Below are positions 1 through 8,775 of a stretch of 64,000 nucleotides of DNA, one piece after another (position 1 is the stretch's first letter; each line of letters starts with the position of its first letter). The notes below the pieces were generated by a model. It saw nothing but the letters and a program-made list of their open reading frames with translations, did not search any database and was not told where the DNA came from. The position numbers and the translations under genes are program-made. This DNA is from Rhodothermales bacterium (GTDB taxonomy: Bacteria; Bacteroidota; Rhodothermia; Rhodothermales; JANQRZ01): positions 2,350,959 through 2,414,958 of the forward strand of contig CBDCCX010000006.1 of assembly GCA_965215165.1 (NCBI GenBank), written 5' to 3'.

Positions 1-1
1 T

Positions 2-739
2 GCCGAACGCTTCTTCCCGAAGGTCCGCTTCTACGGCCGCGCCGAGGCGTACTACAAGTCGCTCTCGAACCTCATCACCTACGACGTCGAGAACGTCCGC
101 ACGGTCTACTCCGGCGAGAACGACGCCGACGGCTCGGTCTTCGGCTTCGACCTCCAGCTCCGGGGCGAGTTCGTGCCGGGCCTCGAGAGCTGGTTCAACT
201 ACGGCTTCCTCAAGACCAGCGAGAGCTTCTACCGCCCCGCCGGCTTCGACGACCCGCAGGACGCGGGGCAGTTCGCCGACTCGGTCCAGTTCGCCCGCAA
301 CGGGCTCGGGTCCGCCATCGCCCGGCCGACGGACCGGCGGCACAACTTCGCGCTCTTCGTGCAGGACTACGTCCCCAACAGCACGAGCTGGAAGGTGCAC
401 CTCCGCGCGCTCTTCGGCACCGGCACGCCCTACACCCCGCCCGCGCCGGGCGAGACCATCGGCGGCGTCCAGCTCCGCGAGCCGGGGCAGCGCAACACGG
501 CCCGCTACCCCGAGTACCGCCGGATCGACCTCGGCATCACGAAGGAGGCCACGCTCGCGCAGCAGAGTCCGACCGGCAACCCGGTTCGGCTCGAGCTCAC
601 CGGCGAGGTGCTCAACGTGTTCGACATGACCAACACGATCTCGTACTCCTACGTCGACGACGCGCAGGGCATCTGGCAGCGCGTCCCGCGCCGGCTCACG
701 CCGCGCACCGTCAACGTCCGGATGCGCCTGCGCTTCTGA
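2..739 (+). CDS. TonB-dependent receptor, C-terminal part (5' end outside the window)
   Basis: The reading frame is open from base 2. The translation is beta-barrel-like (YGFLKTSESFY, NVFDMTNTISYSYVDD) and ends in the typical terminal aromatic residue (...VRMRLRF). Stop codon is TGA. Confidence 0.8.
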   Translation, partial: AERFFPKVRFYGRAEAYYKSLSNLITYDVENVRTVYSGENDADGSVFGFDLQLRGEFVPGLESWFNYGFLKTSESFYRPAGFDDPQDAGQFADSVQFARNGLGSAIARPTDRRHNFALFVQDYVPNSTSWKVHLRALFGTGTPYTPPAPGETIGGVQLREPGQRNTARYPEYRRIDLGITKEATLAQQSPTGNPVRLELTGEVLNVFDMTNTISYSYVDDAQGIWQRVPRRLTPRTVNVRMRLRF

Positions 740-759
740 TACCCCAATCACGCCTCGCC

Positions 760-1257
760 ATGAAACCGATTGCCGCTCTCGTCTTCTTCGCCTTCGGGCT
801 TGCTGGCTGCTCCCTTTTCGGATCGGACGAAGAGGCCCGACTCGATCTCATGTTCCTCGCGCGGTCGGAGATGCAGGAGCACCCTGACTTCCGCATTAGC
901 TTCGTGGACGGGCCGCGCACTCGCACGCTAGGCCGTTCGGACTTCGCCTCTCACGAGGGCGTGCAGTTCGACGCCGGCCCCTTTGAGACGTCGACCTCTG
1001 GCACCCTCCGCCTCGCGTGCAGCATCCTCGACAGCAGCGGCCACTCGGTGGCGGCCGAGACCGTGCGGCTCCCGCTTCGCCCAGGCTGGCGCTACAGCGT
1101 GACCTGCGCCGTCGGGATGCACAACCCGGCGGATGCCTGCTTCGGGTGCCTAGGGTCCGAGGCGACTCCGCTCGGCCCGGCACTCGGGTTCGCACCGGGC
1201 GACTCCTTGTTCGTCGTCTGGGGCGGTACCTCGATCAGCAACCCCGTTCTATACTGA
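760..1257 (+). CDS. Hypothetical lipoprotein
   Basis: ATG start 20 nt after the receptor gene. Lipoprotein signal peptide MKPIAALVFFAFGLAGCS with a lipobox Cys. Confidence 0.6.
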   Translation: MKPIAALVFFAFGLAGCSLFGSDEEARLDLMFLARSEMQEHPDFRISFVDGPRTRTLGRSDFASHEGVQFDAGPFETSTSGTLRLACSILDSSGHSVAAETVRLPLRPGWRYSVTCAVGMHNPADACFGCLGSEATPLGPALGFAPGDSLFVVWGGTSISNPVLY

Positions 1258-1263
1258 CCCCGC

Positions 1264-1608
1264 CTAGAGCGCGCCGTGCTTGCTGAGGCGAGCGACGATA
1301 AGCTGGTTGAGGCTGACCCCTTCCTCTTCAGCTACACTAGCCAACGAAGCGTGCCGGCTCTTCGGCATACGGAGGTTGAGACGACCGCTGTAAGAGGCCG
1401 GAGCCTAGGCACCGGCATCGGGTTCCGGGAGCGGCCACCCGTCTTCCTGATAGCCTTCGATGAATCCCTCCAGCACGACCAGGGCTTCGCGAACGGCCTC
1501 GTCGGGCGTCTTGGCCAAAGCCGAGAGACTGGGGAAAGCCGGAGCCGTGACGACGAACTGCGCATTGTCTGCTGGGCGTTGTGGTACCGCATACGGTACT
1601 ATCTCCAA
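1264..1608 (-). pseudogene. hicB: HicB-family antitoxin interrupted by an in-frame TAG (orphan; no hicA seen)
   Basis: The N-terminal HicB-like fold (FVVTAPAFPSLSALAKTPDEAVREALVVLEGFIEGYQEDGWPLPEP) runs into a TAG at 1405..1407. The same frame continues into a ribbon-helix-helix tail (GRLNLRMPKSRHASLASVAEEEGVSLNQLIVARLS) that ends at 1264. The putative start is a TTG at 1608. Confidence 0.6.
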
Positions 1609-1627
1609 CCCGTGCCGACCTTCGTTC

Positions 1628-2290
1628 CTACAACGATCCGTGCTTGCTGAGGCGGTGGGCGAGGTGGGTCGGCATCGGGAGCTTGTAGCGCGTGGCGCAG
1701 CGGAGCGTGAGCGCGACCGCCGTCCGCAGCGAGGCCCGGTGCCCGACCGAGACGAACACCGGATGCACACCGTCGCGCGTCCGCACGACGGCTCCAATCG
1801 GCTCGCCCCGGTCGGTGAGCGGCGCAAGGTCGCCCTTCGTCAGCCCCGGCTCGTCGTGGCGGCCGGTGAGCCGCGTCTTCGCCACGCCGATGGCCGGCTT
1901 GTCGAGCAGCACCCCGAGGTGGCAGGCGAGCCCGAACCGGCGCGGGTGCGAATACCCGTGGGCGTCGAGTACGAATACGTCCGGCTCGACGGTCAGCGTA
2001 TCGAGCGCCGGGAGGATGGCCGGCATCTCGCGGAAGGAGAGCAGACCGGGAACGTAAGGAAACGCCGTCGGCCCCTCCCAGATCGCCTGGTCGACCACGC
2101 TGAGGTCGGAGAGCTGAAGGACGACGAGCGCCGCGCGCACCCGGTCGTCGCGCACGCTCACGTCGACCCCCGCGGCGGTTTCGAGGTCGTCCGGTAGCGG
2201 CTCGAAGCGGACGAGCCCGGCGAGGTCGCGCTGGATGGCGACGGCCTCTTTCGGGGTGACGTCCCACGGGTGCTCGTGGTGCAGATGCAT
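1628..2290 (-). CDS. nfi: Endonuclease V (deoxyinosine 3' endonuclease)
   Basis: 220 aa from the ATG at 2290. Family-typical blocks are present: GVDVS, AALVVL, PYVPGLLSFRE, DGHGYSHPRRFGLACHLGV, PIGAVVRT. The longer ORF in the track (to 3109) is a stop-free upstream extension. Confidence 0.9.
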   Translation of the reverse strand: MHLHHEHPWDVTPKEAVAIQRDLAGLVRFEPLPDDLETAAGVDVSVRDDRVRAALVVLQLSDLSVVDQAIWEGPTAFPYVPGLLSFREMPAILPALDTLTVEPDVFVLDAHGYSHPRRFGLACHLGVLLDKPAIGVAKTRLTGRHDEPGLTKGDLAPLTDRGEPIGAVVRTRDGVHPVFVSVGHRASLRTAVALTLRCATRYKLPMPTHLAHRLSKHGSL

Positions 2291-2382
2291 GGCGATGGAT
2301 GCGCGGGGCGGGAGATGAGAAAGCAAGTCGGAGGGAAGATCGGCTCTTTCGCCTGGGCTCTTCCCTTCTTTCCTCTCCTCGG

Positions 2383-2925
2383 CTACCCGCGCTCCGGGTG
2401 GCCGTACCACAGCACCCCGAGGATCTGCTCGGCGGCCTCGTCGATCTCGACCAGGCCGTGCACCCCGTCCTCTTCCGTGATCAGGTCCGTGACCCAGTTG
2501 GTCGGGACGTTGTCGCTCCACAGCGAGAGCGAGGCGCGCTGCACCGAGGTCAGACAGTCCTCGACGGCGCGCTCCATCGTCGCCGCGTCGGCGAACCGCG
2601 TGCAGGTGACGACGATCCAGCCGGGGACGGTCCGCCACTGCTCGTAGGCTGCCCGCGCGCCCTCCGGCCCGACCTCGGCTTCGAGGTGGTGGGCGTAGCG
2701 CCACGCCAGCGCCGAGACGGTCTCGGGGCCGAGCACGTAGTAGTGCCACGGCACCGGATCGACGATGCCCAGCGGATCGCGCGCGGCCTCGAACGCGCGC
2801 GTGAGCGCCGCCTGCTGCGCCGCCTGCGAAGGGCCTGTCGGCTCCGGAGAGCGAGGAGAGAGGGATAGAGGCATCGGAGGCAGAGCGGTCGGGCTGCGGC
2901 GAGTATCGGCGGAGAGGAAGGTCAT
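2383..2925 (-). CDS. Nitroreductase-family protein (YdjA-like)
   Basis: 180 aa. PWHYYVLGPE and the C-terminal ILGVLWYGHP resemble the small NAD(P)H nitroreductase family. It lies upstream of nfi on the same strand. The start could instead be the ATG at 2874. Confidence 0.6.
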   Translation of the reverse strand: MTFLSADTRRSPTALPPMPLSLSPRSPEPTGPSQAAQQAALTRAFEAARDPLGIVDPVPWHYYVLGPETVSALAWRYAHHLEAEVGPEGARAAYEQWRTVPGWIVVTCTRFADAATMERAVEDCLTSVQRASLSLWSDNVPTNWVTDLITEEDGVHGLVEIDEAAEQILGVLWYGHPERG

Positions 2926-3186
2926 CTTGAGGCGCAGACCGCGACACAGGCGTGGCGAGGACGCACAGGCGTGGTGAGGACGTTCCAAGGGGGAGAGACG
3001 AGCAGGGAACGGAAACCACACGCCTGATGGTACCGCACCCGCCGTGCGCCGGCATGAAGACTTCTGTGAAGGTCAGACTCGGCCAGGGGCGAATCGTAAC
3101 GCGGTGCACTATCCGTCCACCGAAGATTCACGGCGGAGCCAGGCCGCCGGCCGCGCCGCGTGTTGCCTGCCCTGTGCAGGCGAGAG

Positions 3187-3195
3187 TATATTTTG
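3187..3195 (+). promoter_or_regulatory. Candidate Bacteroidota-type -7 promoter box (TATATTTTG) upstream of tRNA-Val
   Basis: This AT-rich motif resembles TAnnTTTG and ends 15 nt before the tRNA 5' end, in an otherwise GC-rich context. Confidence 0.3.
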
Positions 3196-3209
3196 CGTCT
3201 GCCCCGCGC

Positions 3210-3283
3210 GGGCTCTTAGCTCAGTTGGTTAGAGCGCGTCGTTGACATCGACGAGGTCACTGGTTCGAATCCAGTAGAGCCCA
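3210..3283 (+). tRNA. tRNA-Val (anticodon GAC)
   Basis: 74-nt cloverleaf folded by hand. Acceptor stem GGGCTCT/AGAGCCC, D arm GCTC..GAGC, anticodon stem CGTCG/CGACG with loop TTGACAT, T arm ACTGG-TTCGAAT-CCAGT, discriminator A. CCA is not encoded. Confidence 0.95.
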
Positions 3284-3305
3284 CAGAAAGCCCATCGCCC
3301 GATTT

Positions 3306-3339
3306 GAATAGCGCTTCACCGTCCGGTGGGGCGCTATTC
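3306..3339 (+). terminator. Hairpin between tRNA-Val and thrS
   Basis: GAATAGCGC...GCGCTATTC stem with an inner CACC/GGTG pairing. There is no clear U-tract. Confidence 0.35.
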
Positions 3340-3376
3340 GTGTATCGTAGCCTCTCCTCTTCTACCCCGGCTTCCC

Positions 3377-5377
3377 ATGCAGATCACGCTTCCCGACGGC
3401 TCCGCCCGCGACCTCCCCGACGGGAGCAGCGGCCACGACCTCGCCCAGGCCATCTCGGCCGGCCTCGCCCGCAACGCCCTCGCCGTGACGGTCGACGGGG
3501 CCGTGCGCGATCTGCACCGACCCCTCCCCGACGGCGCGACCGTCAGCATCCTGACCTGGGACGACGCCGAGGGCAAGGCTGCGTTCTGGCACTCCTCGGC
3601 GCACCTCCTGGCCGAGGCGCTCGAAGCGCTCTACCCCGGCGTGCAGTTCGGCATCGGCCCGGCGATTGAGAACGGGTTCTACTACGACGTCGACCTCAGC
3701 CGGACCGACGTCGACACGCTCTCGCCCGACGACCTCGAGGCCATCGAGGCCAAGATGAAGGAGCTGGCGAAGCAGGACAACCGCTACGAGCGCCGCGAGG
3801 TCTCGAAGGCCGAGGCGCTCGCCTACTTCACCGAGAAGGGCGACGGCTACAAGATCGAGCTGATCGAGGAGCTTCAGGACGGGACCATCACGTTCTACCA
3901 GCAGGGCGACTTCGTAGACCTCTGCCGGGGACCGCACATCCCGAGCACCAAGCTGATCAAGTATCCCAAGCTCCTGAACATCGCCGGGGCGTACTGGCGC
4001 GGCGACGAGTCGCGGCCCCAGCTCACCCGCCTCTACGGCGTCAGCTTCCCCAAGCTCTCGATGCTCGAGGAGCACCTGGAGCGCCTAGAGCTGGCCCGGC
4101 AGCGCGACCACCGCAGGCTCGGGCGCGAGCTCGGCCTGTTCATGTTCTCGAACCGGGTCGGCCCCGGCCTGCCGATGTGGCTGCCGAAGGGAGCGGTCCT
4201 GCGCGAGACGCTCGTCGACTTCCTCAAGGAGGAGCAGCTTCGGCGCGGCTACCAGCCGGTCGTCACCCCGCACATCGGGCGGCTCGACCTGTACAAGACG
4301 AGCGGGCACTACCCGTACTACGCCGAGAGCCAGTTCCCGCCGATGTTCGAGCGCTCGGCCGGCGAGGCCCCGGTGCTCCGGCCCGAGGAGGCCAACGAGG
4401 GCATCGTCGGCGACGACCGCGAGGGCTACCTCCTCAAGCCGATGAACTGCCCGCACCATACGCAGATCTACGACCACGCGCCGCACTCGTACCGCGACCT
4501 CCCGGTGCGCCTGGCCGAGTTCGGGCAGGTCTACCGCTTCGAGCAGTCCGGCGAGCTCGGCGGGCTGACGCGCGTGCGCGGCTTCACCGTCGACGACGCC
4601 CACATCTTCTGCACGCCCGAGCAGGTCAAGGACGAGTTCAAGGACGCCATCGACCTCACGATGACGGTCCTGCGCGCGCTCGACTTCGCCGACTTCACCG
4701 CCCAGGTCTCGCTCCGCGACCCGGCCAACACGGCGAAGTACATCGGCAGCGACGCGCAGTGGGAGACCGCCGAGGCCGCCGTCCGCGAGGCCGCCGCCGA
4801 GATGGACCTCGAGACCGTCGAGGAGCTCGGCGAGGCGGCGTTCTACGGGCCGAAGCTGGACTTCATGGTCCGCGACGCCCTCGGGCGCGAGTGGCAGCTC
4901 GGCACCGTGCAGGTGGACTACAACCTCCCCGAGCGCTTCGACCTGACCTACACCGACGAGCACGACGAGCGCGTCCGCCCGGTGATGATCCACCGCGCGC
5001 CATTCGGCAGCCTGGAGCGGTTCATCGGGGTGATGATCGAGCACACCGGCGGCGACTTCCCGGTCTGGCTCGCGCCCGTGCAGGCTAAAGTCCTCCCCGT
5101 CTCGGACGCCTTCAACGGCTACGGGCGCGCCGTGCTCGATCAGCTCCGCGCCGCCGGGCTCCGTGTCGAGACCGACGAGCGGAGCGAGAAGGTCGGCCGC
5201 AAGATCCGCGACGCCGAGGTGCAGAAGACGCCCTACATGCTCGTCGTAGGCGCGAAGGAGGAAGAGGCCGGCTCGGTCGCCGTGCGCCGCCACGGCGAGG
5301 GCGACCGAGGGGCCGTTCCGACCGCCGAGTTCATCGAGCAGATTAAGGCCGAGATCGACGAGGAACTCGGCGGCTGA
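3377..5377 (+). CDS. thrS: Threonine--tRNA ligase
   Basis: 666 aa from the ATG at 3377. It opens with the canonical MQITLPDGS TGS-domain start and carries class II motifs and an anticodon-binding domain (FHSSAHLLA, MNCPHH, RVRGFTVDDAHIFC, HRAPFGSLERF). Confidence 0.95.
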   Translation: MQITLPDGSARDLPDGSSGHDLAQAISAGLARNALAVTVDGAVRDLHRPLPDGATVSILTWDDAEGKAAFWHSSAHLLAEALEALYPGVQFGIGPAIENGFYYDVDLSRTDVDTLSPDDLEAIEAKMKELAKQDNRYERREVSKAEALAYFTEKGDGYKIELIEELQDGTITFYQQGDFVDLCRGPHIPSTKLIKYPKLLNIAGAYWRGDESRPQLTRLYGVSFPKLSMLEEHLERLELARQRDHRRLGRELGLFMFSNRVGPGLPMWLPKGAVLRETLVDFLKEEQLRRGYQPVVTPHIGRLDLYKTSGHYPYYAESQFPPMFERSAGEAPVLRPEEANEGIVGDDREGYLLKPMNCPHHTQIYDHAPHSYRDLPVRLAEFGQVYRFEQSGELGGLTRVRGFTVDDAHIFCTPEQVKDEFKDAIDLTMTVLRALDFADFTAQVSLRDPANTAKYIGSDAQWETAEAAVREAAAEMDLETVEELGEAAFYGPKLDFMVRDALGREWQLGTVQVDYNLPERFDLTYTDEHDERVRPVMIHRAPFGSLERFIGVMIEHTGGDFPVWLAPVQAKVLPVSDAFNGYGRAVLDQLRAAGLRVETDERSEKVGRKIRDAEVQKTPYMLVVGAKEEEAGSVAVRRHGEGDRGAVPTAEFIEQIKAEIDEELGG

Positions 5378-5403
5378 CGGGCACCGCCGAGTCCGCTTAC
5401 GAG

Positions 5404-5955
5404 CTAGAACCGCAACGGGACGGCAACACCCACCTGCACCTGCTCAACGCCGCGCCGGCCGAGGACCCGCACGACGGTATGCACCGCATCCGTGCGCCCG
5501 AGCAGAGCGCCGGCTTGGAGGTGGGGGACCTGCACCCCGAACACCGGTCCCTCATCGGGCTGGTTAGCCGATGAGGCGAAGTCGTTTCCCTGTTGGAAGC
5601 GTACACCGAGGCCACCGAAGAGTGCGACACGTTCGGCCACTGGATGCACATAGCTCGCGTCGAAGACGACCCCATAGTCGAGGTCGGATTCGCGCCTATC
5701 CCTGATGCTGATCTCGCCCGTCACCGGGTCTTCGACCTGGCGACCGACAGTGACGCGGGTGTGGGTAAGCTCGGCGGCGTGGACTCCGACGAGTAGACGG
5801 CCCCACCTGACGTTCGCGGCGAAGTCTGCGGCGACGCCGTGCGAGTGGGCGAGCTGCGGGGAGACGTAAGCGGCCGACGCGCTCAGCGAGACGTGGGGCT
5901 GGGCGAGGGCGGGTGCCGCGATGAGAACAGCGGCGGCGGTGAGGATCGTTTTCAT
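5404..5955 (-). CDS. Small outer-membrane beta-barrel protein (porin-family-like)
   Basis: 183 aa. Signal peptide MKTILTAAAVLIAAPALAQ, an alternating beta-strand pattern, and a C-terminal ...VAVPLRF ending in Phe. Confidence 0.6.
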   Translation of the reverse strand: MKTILTAAAVLIAAPALAQPHVSLSASAAYVSPQLAHSHGVAADFAANVRWGRLLVGVHAAELTHTRVTVGRQVEDPVTGEISIRDRRESDLDYGVVFDASYVHPVAERVALFGGLGVRFQQGNDFASSANQPDEGPVFGVQVPHLQAGALLGRTDAVHTVVRVLGRRGVEQVQVGVAVPLRF

Positions 5956-5989
5956 GGTTCGTGACGAGGAAGCGTTGAGGGTGGCGCAG

Positions 5990-7144
5990 CTAGCGCGTCC
6001 ACCCGAGAGAGTCGGGATCAAAGTTGCGCACCGGCACCATCGCGCTGCGGGCGTAGCGGGCGGTGTAGCCACCGAAGATGCCGACGGCGTCGCTCTGCTC
6101 CTTCGGGAGCACCTGCCCGCTGGGAGAGACACGGAAGACGTTCGAGATGGACGGGAAGTACATTGTATCTCGGTCCGCGACGACAGCCGCCGTGTTCCAC
6201 TGCGCCTGCGCCCATGGGTCTCCGTCGACGATGCTGTACTCGTAGTCCTCGGGTGCGTAGTAGCGCGAGAGCTCCGGGCTGAGCTGGTAAAGTCGGAGGT
6301 AGAGATCATGGAAGTAGACGAGCGGGTCAACCGAAGATTCGTACCAAGCTAGCGCAGGACCGATATCACTAAAACTGGGTGTGAATACAAAATAGAGTGA
6401 TCCCATACGGAGATAGTCACCCCGGTCTTCATGCGGAAAACTCTCGTCAGACTGGAGACCGAAAATGGCTCGGTCGGCAGTAAGCGAGCGGTTGTACCCG
6501 AACACCGTCACGACAGCCTCTTCGTCTGCTTTCCATTCGATAGGCAAGATTCCACCTTCGCCACGATACCCGCTCCGGTCATCCGGCTCCAGTTCCACCG
6601 GCACCCGGAAGGTGTCCGGCACCGCCCACTCGGCAAGACCGGGCAGCGTCGTCTCCGCCGTATAGCGACGACCATCGGCGAGTGTCACGTCGAGCCGGTA
6701 GCTCCCGTGTGGAACGCGGACCAGTTCCTCGTCGAGGTCGCCGTAGACGCCGCGCCGTTCGTGTTGGAACCGGACGGTCTGCTCGCCGGCCTGTCCAAGC
6801 GGTCCGGTGATGCTCACCTCTGCCGTGTTATCCGGGTGCGGGCGAAGCTGAAGGTTCCGAAGCTTCATTCCCACCTGACACCACTGGATCGGCATCCACA
6901 TCTCTTCGTTCGGCTTGTGCTCGCGGTCGGCGAAGAGTTGGTAGTTGAAGTCAAGCGGATCGGAGAGTCGGCCGACGTAGACTTGGGTGTGGTGGAACGA
7001 AGTGTCGGGTGAAGCTTCGAGCGTGGAGACGATGAAGACCGTAGAGTCGGGGACGAGCTTCGTCGTCCAGGTTGGAATGGGGGCCGTGGTATCGCACCCC
7101 CCGAGAAGGAGGCCCAGCAAAGCGAGGGCGAGGGCAGTACGCAT
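5990..7144 (-). CDS. Lipoprotein, DUF4249-like
   Basis: 384 aa. Lipobox LLLGGCD. The C-terminal GIFGGYTARY motif is reminiscent of the Bacteroidota DUF4249 lipoproteins that accompany outer-membrane receptors. Confidence 0.5.
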   Translation of the reverse strand: MRTALALALLGLLLGGCDTTAPIPTWTTKLVPDSTVFIVSTLEASPDTSFHHTQVYVGRLSDPLDFNYQLFADREHKPNEEMWMPIQWCQVGMKLRNLQLRPHPDNTAEVSITGPLGQAGEQTVRFQHERRGVYGDLDEELVRVPHGSYRLDVTLADGRRYTAETTLPGLAEWAVPDTFRVPVELEPDDRSGYRGEGGILPIEWKADEEAVVTVFGYNRSLTADRAIFGLQSDESFPHEDRGDYLRMGSLYFVFTPSFSDIGPALAWYESSVDPLVYFHDLYLRLYQLSPELSRYYAPEDYEYSIVDGDPWAQAQWNTAAVVADRDTMYFPSISNVFRVSPSGQVLPKEQSDAVGIFGGYTARYARSAMVPVRNFDPDSLGWTR

Positions 7145-7232
7145 GGTAGGCAGCAGGCAACCGTGGGAAGGTGAACAGGCCAGCCGCTCGGTCGCTCATT
7201 CTGACCGAGCGGCTGGCTCCAGCAGTGAGAGG

Positions 7233-7848
7233 CTAGATCGTGATGCTCTGCTTCGTGAACGAGTACCGCAGCCCGTAGCTGTCGGTTGCATAGACGATGG
7301 TCCCGTTAATCGTGCGGCTGTTCACCGTCGTGGTGTTCACCCGCCGGATGCCTGACTGGGTGAACACGTCATCGCTCGAGACGAAGGCGTGGTTGTTAGC
7401 GTCGAGCTTGGTGTAGCGCGTCTCGAACCCACCGGTGCTGAAGTTGATCGTGCGGATGTTGCCGCGCCAGTCGCCGCTGCGCCGGCTGAGGTGGTTCACG
7501 CCCCAATCATCTTCGTTCATATACGCACGGTAGTAGGTATTCGAAGACGTGAGTTGAACGACAGGGAAGTCGTGTGATTGATATACCGGTCGGCACCGTG
7601 TTGGACCTTGGACGTAGTAGTCACAGTCGTAAAACAACCCAGCTCCGAAAGGATAGTCTGTGCCAGCATAGTTCACGTCTGCCGCACGGAACCAGAGCAC
7701 TTGGTTGTACGCCCACGTGTGCGGATTCAGCGTGTTCGCACTACCATTCTCGGGGTTGTGTCCAGAAACAGTCCAAGCGGCGTTGTCGACCGGCGAGAAG
7801 AATGAGGCCGGCGCAGAGACTGGCGACAGATGCTTTGATGTACGACAT
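7233..7848 (-). pseudogene. Secreted protein of unknown function; signal peptide and mature part are in different frames
   Basis: The ATG at 7848 encodes MSYIKASVASLCAGLILL, and that frame then stops after 35 codons. The 155+ aa body (7233..) is open upstream with no ATG, and it becomes contiguous with the signal peptide after a single-nucleotide shift near 7790-7800. Confidence 0.4.
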
Positions 7849-7974
7849 GGATGTTTGACCCCGGAGGGCCCGAAATAGTGGAGTGATTCCCCGAAGGGCG
7901 GGGCGTCACACCAAGAGTAGCCACGCCGCTAATGGTGGCATAGTGACAGGTGTAACGACCTGCCATGACACCTG

Positions 7975-8637
7975 TCACGAATTGTCGGCGTGCTCGTCCT
8001 TCGGCCCTAGCCCATGCTGCCACGCCCATAGAATCGCTTCCCCCCTGCTCTTGACGCAAATCCTCTCGTACAGTGCTGACACCCGGTTCCGCACGGTTCC
8101 TTCTGCGAGGTGGAGGCGCTCGGCGATGCGCTTGTTGCTGTAGCCCCGCGCGAGCAAACTTATGGTTTCGGATTCCCCCGGGCTCAATGGAAGCTCCAAC
8201 GGCCGTGCCTCTAGCACCTTCCTGACAGCCTTGAAGAGGTCAGACCGGCTTCGCCGCCAGTCCCCTTCGGCTACGGCCTGCACTTTTTCCATGAGCGACT
8301 CGGGCGCTTCACTCGCTCCCACGCATCCGGCGACGTTGAGCGCCAGCAGATCGGCAGCCTCCGATACGCTACGGACCGTCTGAACGACGAGCACTTTGTT
8401 AGGGGGCAGTCCGGCTCGCTCCAGCCTTGCCAGCATCCCTGCCCAGTCTTCTCCGAGCATATCGACGATAGCGAGACTGCATGGACTGCCCCCGAGGGCT
8501 GGCAGGTCTCGTCCTTCCCCAGTCATTTCCTCAAGTAGCTCCACTGGGCGCGTGCCGTCCGCGTCCTCCAGCACCTTGAACAAACCGACTTGGAGGACGG
8601 AGGGCCGAACAGCTACTCCGACTAGAATCTCGCTCAC
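7975..8637 (-). CDS. LuxR/FixJ-family transcriptional regulator with a degenerate receiver domain
   Basis: 220 aa with a GTG start. The C-terminal HTH (LSPGESETISLLARGYSNKRIAERLHLAEGTVRNRVSALYERI) is present. The N-terminal domain aligns to NarL-type receivers, but the acidic DD pocket is replaced (ILVGVAVRP). Confidence 0.75.
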   Translation of the reverse strand: MSEILVGVAVRPSVLQVGLFKVLEDADGTRPVELLEEMTGEGRDLPALGGSPCSLAIVDMLGEDWAGMLARLERAGLPPNKVLVVQTVRSVSEAADLLALNVAGCVGASEAPESLMEKVQAVAEGDWRRSRSDLFKAVRKVLEARPLELPLSPGESETISLLARGYSNKRIAERLHLAEGTVRNRVSALYERICVKSRGEAILWAWQHGLGPKDEHADNS

Positions 8638-8710
8638 TTCTTTACCCCCCCGAGCCCCACTCGGCTTGAAGCTCTTGGATTGAACGTTCCTGTTCCATCT
8701 CTAACACACT

Positions 8711-8743
8711 CTGGTTTCTAATATCTGGTTTCTAATATACCAG
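8711..8743. promoter_or_regulatory. Perfect tandem 14-mer (CTGGTTTCTAATAT x2) followed by ACCAG, upstream of the LuxR gene
   Basis: Read directly from the sequence in an AT-rich stretch 74-106 nt upstream of the GTG at 8637. The final ACCAG is complementary to the repeat's CTGGT. Confidence 0.4.
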
Positions 8744-8775
8744 ACGCGAACCCTACCCGAATATAACCCTTCCGC

